This document shows, one piece after another, positions 22,801 through 33,600 of a DNA stretch of 44,003 nucleotides; the stretch's first letter is position 1, and the number at the start of each line of letters is the position of its first letter. The translations under genes were made by a program, and so were the position numbers. Below the pieces are notes generated by a model. The model had not been told where the DNA came from, searched no databases, and worked only from the letters and a program-made list of their open reading frames with translations. Source of the DNA: Hyphochytrium catenoides (taxonomy: Eukaryota; Protista; Hyphochytriomycota); contig FLMG01003175.1 in the NCBI GenBank assembly GCA_900088475.1, positions 1 to 44,003 on the forward strand, in the 5' to 3' direction.

Positions 22801-24612
22801 TCACGCCTGCAATAGCTCTACTGAGCACCACTTCTCGAACTCATCCAAACTAATCTTACCATCGGCGTTGGTGTCGGCCTCTCTAAAGCACTGCTCAGCA
22901 GTGATGCGCGCCAGCTCAGGTGGGTCCACGCCCATCTTCGCCCTAACATCAGGCGAAGTCTCATACATAACTTTGAAGATTGAGCTCAGATAGTTCACCA
23001 TCTCTGCTCTAGAGATGTATCCATCTCGATCTGTGTCGTACAGAGCGAAGGCAGCTTTCACCTTGTCTTCCATTCTGCTTCCACAAAGGACGGAGAGGCC
23101 GCTAGCCAGCTCATTGAAGTCGACCAAGTCGTTGTGATCCTCGTCAAAGAGAATAAAAAGACGGTTGATGATGTCTTCACTCTTTTTCTTGTCTTCCTCA
23201 CTGTCGTGACCTCCTCCTAGCTCTATAATTTTGTCAAGGCAAGCCACGAAGTCCTTTTTCCCTATGACTTTGTCAGGAACCGCTTCCTCAAATATCTCTA
23301 TGACATCATCTACTTCAAAGAGGTCAAGCTTCGTAATGCGTCGCGCCTCTTCTAGGTTCTCAAGGGCCGTTATAGACACCTCACTCGCATTAGAATCTCC
23401 TGCAAATGATGGAGATCGAGAGAGACGGCCCAGAGTTAGAAGGTATGCGAAGAGGCTGAAAGGCGCGCAATGCAGAACTAAAGCTTCCAACGCTGCTGAT
23501 CAAAGAGACGCGGCAAGCGCTAAGAGCGAGACCAGGCGAGTCATTTGGACAAAGAAGAGTACGTGGCAGAGCGGTCTCGACGAGGGAACGATGATGGTCA
23601 ACATTTCATGAAGAAGCGAACAAGAATAGAAAGGAACCACCCACTTGGTTTCACACCAAGACTGAGAGAGAGGAGAAAGCCGCCTTAGGAGTACGAGCCT
23701 TACTTTGTGGTCCTAGCCTGTCTCCAGCTGCCCTCAAAGCGTGCTCTGCGGTGGTCTCCACATCGATGCCAGCTTTCGAGTACCAGCGCTGGAACTCTTC
23801 AAAGCTGAGCCTCCCATCACCGTCCAGATCCGCCTCTGCGAAGCATTGCTCGGCCGTGATGGCTGCAAGCTCTTGCGGAGAGACTCCAATCTTTTGAGAA
23901 GTACCAGCTGTCGTCTCGTAGAGCAAGCGGAAAACAGAGGAGAGGTAACGGGTCATTTCTTCCAAAGATATGTACCCATCTCCGTTAATATCATAGAGAG
24001 AGAAAGCAGCTTGCACTTTCTCGTCTCTACTTCCGCCACAAATAACTGACAAGCCGCTAGCCAGCTCAGAAAAATCCACGCCACCACTCTTGTCCGTGTC
24101 AAAGATTCTGAAAAGCAAGCTGACCGCAAGGGATAGACGCTTCTTGTCCGAATCAATGCCAGCTAGCTCTGCCAGCTGAGAGAATGCCAGTCTAAAGGCA
24201 GCTGGAGAAAGAATTCCTTGCTGATCGGCCGCTCTGGCGAAGATCTCAAAAACTTCTTCCGCGTTGCACTTCCCCAGCCCAGTTAGGGCCTTTATCTCCG
24301 TCAAGGAAAACCAGCTGGGCACCCCTCTCTCTTCGACCTCCGGCAGCACAAGAGAGGAATCTGCATTGAGATACCAGCACTGAAACTCTTCAAAGGAGAG
24401 CTTCCCATCGTGGTTAAGATCTGCCTGCTCAAACGCCTCCTCTGCCGTCGCAATGCCCAGCTCTTCAGGAGAGACCTTGATCCTGATGGACTCCGGGGAG
24501 ACTTGATAAAGTACCTGAAGCAGTTGGGAACGAATGGAGAAAGCTTAGACACGGGTTGACTGCGTGGGAAGCACCAAGAAAGAAAGAGAGTGAGATTAAG
24601 AGAGAGGTAGAA

Positions 24613-24647
<35 letters not shown>

Positions 24648-27600
24648 GAGAGAGCGAGAGAGAGAGCGAGAGAGCGAGAAAGAAAGAGAGAGACAAACAG
24701 ACCAGGACAATTAGTAAGATAACTGTGAGTACCTTGAAGACCGAGATAAGATATCTCGTCATCTCCTCGAGGGAGATAAATCCGTCGCCATTGAGATCAT
24801 AGAGAGAAAAGGCCGCCTGCACCTTGTCCTCCTTTCTGCCTCCACACAGGACCGAGATCCCACTCGCTAGCTCGCTAAAGTCCACCATGCCGTTCCTTTC
24901 CGTGTCAAAGATTCTGAAAAGCCTGTCAATGACGAAAGATAGTCTCTCTCTGTCCACGGACGACAAGCTTCTTCCGCGGAGAATCTTTTGAAAGCACTGC
25001 AGGAAGCTGCTGCGGTCTAACAGACCGTCATCATTAGCCGCTAGAGCAAATATCTCAAAGATATCTTCAGCGGGGAATCTGTGCAGGTTTGTCAGCCTTC
25101 TAACTTCCTTCAGACTCATCCAGGAAGGGACTGAATTGTCCACCATCTGCTCTAATGACTGGCTGCTGGGGCTTAAATACCTGAGGCGGAGAGCATATGA
25201 ATGACTCAATATAGAAGACTAGGGCCGGCGTAGGCTTCACAGGCAGATCGATAGCGCATAGAGGGATATGAAAAGAGATCCGAGAGAAAGAGAGGAGAGA
25301 CAGCGAGCGAGAGAGAGAGAGAGAGAAAGGGAGAGAGCAGCGAATGCGATTGAGGGAATAGGTTGCGCCTTTCAGAATGTGAATGCCGCATAACGACTAA
25401 AGCTGCTAGCTCGGCTAACAGCGCTTCCTCTATCGCTTGTGTTCCCCCCACGCCGCACCCTTTTTAAACTCCTCGTTGCCCCTCTCTTGTTCTTTCCATA
25501 GCTCACCAGTGCTTGAACTCATCAAAGGAGAGCTTGCCATCGCTGTCACTATCAGCCTCTAAGAACGCCTGGCGCGCAGTCAGTTCCCCAAGCTCTGCTG
25601 GAGTCAGCGTCATGCGCTTGCTAATCTCCTCTGACACTTCGCCTAGGACCTTAAAGACTGAGGTCAGGTACCTATGAGACAGAAAAGAAAGCGTTAAGCC
25701 ACTTCTGAGGACCGAAGAAAGGTACGCAGACGAGAAGCCCACGATCGTGCTCCCTCTTTTACCCTCAACCTCGTCACCTTCAGTCTCACCCCAATAGACC
25801 TTCACTTTATCTAGCATTCTCTCTTCCAGAACCTTTTCTGAGTATCTCTCTAGGCTCAACTCGTTCATTTTGCTCACCTGGTCATCTCTTCCATAGATAT
25901 GTAACCATCTCCATTATAATCGTAAAGGGAGAACGCGGACTTCACTTTATCATCGCGGCTGCCTCCACAGAGGGCGGCCAGTCCACTGACAACGTCCTTG
26001 AAATCAACAACTCCTCTTTCCTCTGTGTCAAAGATATGGAAGATGCGCTTTACAATCCCTGCTGTCTTCTCCTGTCTTCCTTCTTCATCCATATTTCCTA
26101 TCTCCTCTGCTCTGTTTTCCGAGGTTTGTCTGCTATGGGATGGCTGCTTGCGCTTAAGTAGAGCATCAAAAGAATCTTGGAACGCTTGCTGGGTCAGCAG
26201 ACCATTTCGATCTACTCACGAGGGCAGCACACCGCACAATGAGATGTGAGAAGCAGTGGAAGAGAAGAGAGGATCAATGTGTGTGAGGGAGGGAGAGAGA
26301 GAGAAACAGAGAGAGAGCGAAAGAGAAGAAAAGGGGAGACAGATTGAGAGACAAGGAGAGAGAAAAAGAGAAAGAAGGAGGGAACAGAGGAAAAGGGAAG
26401 AGAAGGAAAAAGTTTATAAAAAGGAAGCTAATAAGACCGTCTGAAGAGCTAAGCTCACAGAGAAGAGAACAAACGAGGCTTAGGCAGCGCTGATGTTCAC
26501 TGAGTAGCCGAACAAATGGGCGCTATAATCTTCAACCTACCAGCGTTCTTTGCGAAGACTTCAAAGACGTCACTCGGTGCCAGAGTCTGCAGATTGAACG
26601 CTCTTCTTGCTTCCTTTAGATTGGTCCATCGCGGCAGAAGCTCCAGCGCTGGCTTCTTTTTTCGCGCTCTGTTTAGACTCCGCTCTTCTTTCGCGGCGTG
26701 CTCTTGTGCCCTCTGCCATTCCTGTTCTCTCCAATCTTTCTCTTGATAGGGGGCTACGTACCACTTCTTGAACTCCTCTAGAGAGAGAAGGCCGTCATGA
26801 TTAAGGTCTGCAGCTGCAAAGGCCTCTTCTGCAGTGATGGCAGCCAACTCATAGGGAGAGACTCCACCAAGCCTCTCTTTCGTGCCAGGAGCCACCTCAT
26901 AGAGTACCTGCGAGAGAGATGCAATTGGCCGTAAGCCGCTGACAAAGGAGCATCTCTCGGCCTTGTTGTACTTTCTTGCAGCCTGTCACTTGTACTTGAG
27001 CTCTTCTCGCTTAGCAGAGCGTAAGGCTTATCCCTCTCTTACCCCTTCTCTCTCTCGTTCTGTCTCTCTCGCTCATACACGGCTGCAGTGTCGACATAAT
27101 GCAGCTTCTGCACTGAGCAGAAGACATCGCAGAAGACATCGCGTCCTCACCCTTTCTCTTTTCCTCTGTACCATTCTCGCTCCAAACCCTCTCTTATATC
27201 TTGAGCCACCTTACCAAAACACCTTCACATGGCCAACTCATTTCTCTATCTTCGACCATTTATCCTTCCGCTTCTAATTACCTTGAAGACCGATGCCAAA
27301 TACCGCGTCATCTCTTCAAGAGATATGTACCCGTCCCCGTCATAGTCATATAACGCAAAGGCCGCAGCTACTTTATCCTCTCTACTCCCTCCGCAGAGGA
27401 TAGAAAGGCCGCTAGCCAGCTCTGAGAAGTCCACCACTCCGTTCTTATCCCTGTCAAAGACCGAAAACAGACGGCGAACCACGATGGAAGCCCTCTCTTC
27501 ATCTTCATTCTCTCCGAGTCTCTGGCCCATGAGCTCTGAGAAGCAGTCTCTGAAGACCTCCCATGACAAAACTCCCTCATCGTCAGCTTTCTTGGCAAAC

Positions 27601-30600
27601 ACTTCAAAGACATCTTCGGCATCAAAGTTCTGCAGGTTTGTTAGGCGGCGCACTTCCTGCAGGCTCATCCATTCAGGTGGCGGTTCTGCTGTGTGACCCT
27701 AAGGATACAGCCATCAAGTCAGATAAGAACAGGCGGCTGGGAGCGAGCAAGAAAGTGAGAGGAAACGTGAGCGCCAAAAGTGTAAGTGGCATTGTTGAAG
27801 CTTGCAAGCTGTCACAGGGAACGGCCAAATCATCTCCTCTGATTAGGTGACATCGTTACCTGGCGTCCTTCAGGACTAGCCTGTATGTACCAAAGCTGAA
27901 ACTCATCAAATGACAGACGGCCGTCTCTGTCTGTGTCTGCCTCTTTAAAGGCTTGCAGAGCAGTCAAGTCCCCCAGAACCTCCGCACTGATGCTCAGCTG
28001 TGAGGACACAAAGGGAGCAACTTCGTATAGCACCTTGAAGACGCTCCTCAGATATCTAGGCACAAGGAGGATGCAGTACAGGAGTAGAAAGGAAGGTGAG
28101 AGGGCAATAGTGAGCGCACAAAGGTCGCAGAAGCATCTAGTAGCTCCATGCTCCTACCTCTTCATCTCCTCCAAGGATATGAAGCCGTCTCCATCATAGT
28201 CATAGAGAGAGAAAGCCGCCTCCACCTTGCTGTCTCTGCTGCCTTCACAGAGCACTGACAGTCCGCTCACAAGCTCTGTGAAGTCTACCAGCCCATTTTC
28301 CAAAGGATCAAATATTGCAAACAGTCGATCGACGATCGCCTTCGCCTGCAGGCGTTCCTCCTATGGACACAGAGTTATCACCGGGCAAGATGGTTAAAGA
28401 AAAAGCATAACAAGCTGCTACAGCCTAGTCCTCGTCTCTGTAGTCATGACAGAGACTGACCACGGCCATGTTTCGCTACTCGGTGTGTCGCTGTGGTTTG
28501 CAGTCCTCTCCACTTACCTCTGTAAAGCCTAGATACTTGTCTCCGATGAGGATCCTAAAGCATTTATTGAACAGCGGCCGGGTCAACATGCCTTCCTCTG
28601 TGGCGTGCTCCGCAAAGATCTCAAATACTTCGTCAGGCGTGTAGCTTTCTAAGTTGGTCACATGCCGAGCCTGACGGACATCCCGGGGCAGAGACCCTGC
28701 CGTCCAGTTGCAAATGTCAGCAGAGTTGAATTTGTGAGTAAGGGAAATTGCATTGGCACTGCGAGTGTCACGAAGGAGCTAAGCGTACGACAGGGCGATG
28801 GAAGAAAGACATCTCTAGGTCACAAAATCGAATCAAAACGAGGGGCCAGAAGGTAGAACGAGTCTCACCAGCTTCAGTGATGCCTCTAGCTTCCCCAGAG
28901 CTGTACCAAAGAGTGAACTCCTCATAGTTCAGCCGCCCATCCCGATCCAAGTCAACCTCCTGGAACGCTTGCTGGGCAGTGGACTCACCCAGCTTCTGGG
29001 CGCTAACGCCCAATCTCCGCTGCAGCCCAGGCGTGACCTCAAATAGAACGAGGAACACAGAGGAGAGGTAGGTGGACATCTCCTCAATTGAAATAAAGCC
29101 GTCCCCATCGAGGTCATAGAGGGAAAAAGCAGCTTTGACCTTGTCCTGCCTAGTCCCTCCGCAGAGGACAGATAGGCCACTAGCTACCTGAGCAAAGTCA
29201 ACAACTCCTTCTCCTCTCGCATCAAAAAGGTCAAAGAAGCGTTCTAACAATAGCCTTGCCCGACTCAATCGAGCCGTCTGCCCACCAGTGCCGACTTTGG
29301 TTTGGATTAGGAGATCATTGACGGCTCTGCGGTAGGCAGAAAGCGTAAGAGCACCATTGTTATCTGCAGCTTCAGCAATCTTTTCAAACACATCCTCCAC
29401 GTTGAGCTCGCCCAACCCTGTTTGCCGTTTAATCTCCTCGAGACCTGAGATCCATCACAACGGATAGAATAAGAGACATAAGCCGCTGTCTGTCATGGGC
29501 TTAACGAGTCGAGGATCACCCAGACGAGAGAGAATGAAGAAGGACAACGAGCCACCCACCAGAGCGAAGAGTTCAGAGGGCAGAACTGGCGCTGTGGGAG
29601 AGAAAAGTAGGTTCGCAGGCTAACAGACGCAAAGGAAATTGAAAGTACGAAGCCGATTTCACTTCCTCAACCACCTACCAGCGCTTGAAATGTTTAGCAG
29701 TGAGCGGTCAGTTTCCTCCTCTTCTTCATCTTCCACTGCCTCTATTCCTCCTCGGGCGTACCATCGCCGGAACTCCTCAAAAGAGAGTCTCCCATCATGG
29801 TCCAGGTCAGCCTCCAAGAATGCCTGCTCAGCGGTCACACGAGCCAGCTCCTCAGGACGAACGCCCATACGCTCATGAGTGCCAGGATTCGTCTGATAAA
29901 GCACCTATGCAACAGTATTAGCAGAGCTGCCCATACGCACGTTATGGAAAATAGACGGGTTTTCCATTGAGTAAGAGGAGAGCAGGGACAATCCCTCTCA
30001 ACGGCAGCCATTCCTGAGTCTTTATGCTGATAAGGCTCACCTTAAACACAGAGGTAAGGTATAAGATCATCTCCTCTAGCGAGATGTACCCATCTCCATC
30101 TTCGTCATAGAGAGAAAAGGCGGCTTTCACCTTCTCATCCCTGGTGCCGGCACAGAGGACAGTCAATCCGCTGGCGAGCTCGCTGAAGTCCACTTTGCCG
30201 TTTCCGTCAACGTCAAATAAGTCGAAGAGGCGGCCAACGACAACCTGTAGCATCAGACAGAGGGTGCCCATCCGCGAAAGAACGATGAGTTAGATCCAGG
30301 AGAGAGTCCATTGACAGTACTGCATAAGGACTAGAAATAACCCTAGCATCACGTTAGGAGTCAAAAGCCCAAACAGCGAGAAGACCTCATGTATATGGTG
30401 AGTATGTCAGGAGAAATCCAAGCTGAATGAGAGAATGACTCTCACCTTTGCTCTTGCCATATCTGTCACCCAGGTGCCTATAAGGTCCTCAAAGCAGTCA
30501 AAGAACTCCTCTTTGGAGATCGCTCCGTCTTCTTCATCTGCAGCCGCAGCGAACATCGCCAGGACCTCTTCTACGGGATAGGACTCCAAATTTGTCAGAC

Positions 30601-33600
30601 GCTTGATCTGTAACGACAGAGTAAGACAGGTCAAAAAGTCAGGGATCTGTTATGCTGGATGAAACGACACAAGGAGATAGAAGGTGACAACCCGCACAGA
30701 GGCAAGGCCGGGCAACAATTAGAAGGTCCTTCCAGAGCTGTACGGGAGAGAACTTGTCTGCTCTGAGAGCGAAAGAGACCGCTGACATTAAAGACAAACG
30801 AAGAAGCAAAGACAGGCGGAATAAACTAAGACCAGCGAAGCGCAGGAAAGATTTTACAGGGGAATAAACAGTCAGAGACTATTACCTCTCTGAGAGTGTT
30901 GTCCTCTACAATCTGCTGTGGAGGTTGCGCATACCAAGCCTTGAACTCTTCAAAGGAAAGTTTGCCGTCCTTATTAAGATCTGCTTCAGCAAAGCACTGC
31001 TCCGCAGTGATAGTGGCAAGCACCTCGGGACTGACTTCCATAGATTGCGCAGTATCTGGAGAAGCCTCAAAAAGAACCTGATACGACCAGACAAGGAGCA
31101 CGAGAGTTCGTGATACGTAAGATAGAGGAGCGAAAGTAGACAAGTTATCGAAGTAAGATAAGTAAGCAGGACGTCATCAATCGTGGTGCTCTCACCTTAT
31201 AGACTGACGTCAGATAGTTGACCATCTCCCCTCTGTCTATGTATCCATCTCCATCATAATCATACAGCTCAAACGCAGAGCGAACCTTATCATCTCTACT
31301 GCCTCCACAGAGGATGGAGAGGCCACTGCCTAACTCTTGAACGTCGATCAGGTTGTTCTTGTCTTCATCGAAGAGGGAAAAGAGACGGTCGAGCACTTGA
31401 CGTGTCCGTTGCTAATGAGGAAAGAGGTTGATACGGAAACTTAGTCACTAGAAGGCAGCATTACTAGGTCAAAGAGAGAGAGTAGCAGGAGCATGTAAAA
31501 TAATTCCTCTTCGTGACTGGAGGGACAGGAGCAGCCCCTTGAGGAGAACTACAGGATAACCGCATTCGCAGCTAGGGCTAAAGGCAAGGGGTAGGGCTTG
31601 TCTGAGCCCTCCAAGGCACAGACAAGGTTTATCTAGTTGAAATTATTCTACATAGAGGTCAGGAGCGAGCAACGGTAGAGAGCATGTGGGTCGACCCACA
31701 AAGATCTACCTGCTCGCCAGGAGCTAGCTTGCCTCCCAACGCCTTCTGTATGAGCTTGTTGAAGCATCGATAAAACACTTGCCGACTAATATTCCCATTC
31801 GCATCCGCTGACGACGCAAAGAACTTGAACACATCCTGTCATATTGGTATTGAAGGAAGGAGAGAAGAAGAAGTTTGTGGATATGAGTAGGAGGAAGATC
31901 AACAAATAGAGCGGAGGTTTGGTGGAGAAGGATTGCACCAGCCGACTCAGGAAGAGGAGACAGTTGAGTACGCACCTTCACGTCATAGGACTGGAGGTTG
32001 GTCACCCTGCGAATCTCTTGCAAGCTGTTGGAGAGACTGGAAACACGCGTTTCAGGAATCCCTACCTGGACACCATCTTCTGGCTCTTCGGCGCGCCCTT
32101 CCTCATCCTTTAAGAGAGACTGCGCTGACGTCTTGTACCATCGCTGAAACTCTTCCAATGATATCCGCCCATCTCTGTCTGTATCAGCCTCCAAGAAGGC
32201 CTGTTGCGCGGTAATCCCGCCCAGGGTGACAGGGTCCACCTGCAGATCGGCTAGCGTTTCTTCATCCCCAGAGAGAAAAGGAAGAGAGAGAGATGAAGTA
32301 GCAGAGGGCGAGGTCTGATAGAGCACTCTAAAGACAGAGGTGAAGTACGTCGCCAGCTCGTCTAAGGATATATAGCCGTCGTCGTTAACATCAAAGAGAG
32401 AGAATGCTGCCTGTAGACATGCGAGAGGACAAACAACGATTAGATGGAGCCTTCATAGACAGGGTTATAAGGTATTTGACGTAAGACAGAAGCGCTAAGA
32501 TCCATTCTTTCTCCCATGGCCTCTTCCTCTCCTTAGGGCCGTACTTGGCCGTTCTGCGTACCTTGATCTTCTCCTCCGGAGTACCTGCACACAGGACAGA
32601 GAGTCCACAAGCAAGCTCCGTAAAGTCAAGGGCTGAGTTGTTGTCCGTGTCAAATATTTTGAACAGCTCGTCCAATATGAACTGAGCTCGTTCAGGTTCC
32701 ACACCGCCGTAGGGGAGCGCGGAAGACCGCATCAGACCAAGAAATGAGCCCATAAAGGCTTCACGGGTAAGAAGACCTGAAGATGACAGGAGACAATTGG
32801 GAAGGAAAGAGGAGACACCAAACAGAGCGGTAAGAGATCCAATGGGTTAGAAGGGCGGGGGCATTTTCTCGTGAATGATGCGTAGATAAGGGACAGACCA
32901 GCTCTACCCATAAGAGAAGACAGGGAGGAAAGCACTATGAGGGAAAACTGAGGAAGGTCTTCCACCTTCTTCGTTCGCACTTTCGGCAAAGTGCTCAAAA
33001 ACGTCCTCGACAGTATAGGCAGTGAGGTTCGTCACTCTCTGTACTTCTTCGCGCGTGATTCTGGAGTCCTCCAGCAGGGAGAAAGACCGACGAAAGCGGG
33101 TATCCGAGGAAGGAGAAGGAAGAGGAGCTTTGACTGTCTTCCCCTCTATATTCTCCTCCCGGGTTTCTGCAGGTCTGCGTTTGGAATACCACCGCTTGAA
33201 CTCTGCAAAGGATAATCTACCGTCGTGATTGAGATCTGCCTGAACAAAGGCTTGCTCGGCGGTGATGATGCCCAGCTCTTCGGGGCTGATCCCTAAAGTC
33301 TGTTGGGCTGTGGGGGAGGCCTCAAACAAGACACGGAAGACGCTTGTAAGGTAGGCCTAAAGGAGGAAAAAAGGAAGGGTGATTTGTCAGAGGAGCAAAG
33401 TTGAGCTCCAACAGAGAGAGAAGGGCAGGCATGCTGCAGAGTTGCAAACTGCCATGAGACGGAAAACAGACAGGCCCAACAGGCAAAAATGACACGTTTC
33501 AAAGCGTGGTCGCTGCCCTAGAGTGTGCTATATCCATCTAAACTCACCGTCATCTCGTCCAGCGTCATGAAACCATCCCCATTCTGATCATATAGCTGGA

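Noticed and set aside
27117-27142. 12-bp tandem duplication GCAGAAGACATC in an intron (similar short duplication TATCTAACAAA at about 15452-15480)
   Set aside because: An ordinary slippage-type duplication with no further structure.
32240-32326. Possible extra 87-nt in-frame intron (GTGCTC...CTGCAG with a pyrimidine tract) in module 3
   Set aside because: The segment encodes VLYQTSP, which matches the module consensus, so it is treated as coding. Alternative splicing here cannot be excluded without RNA data.
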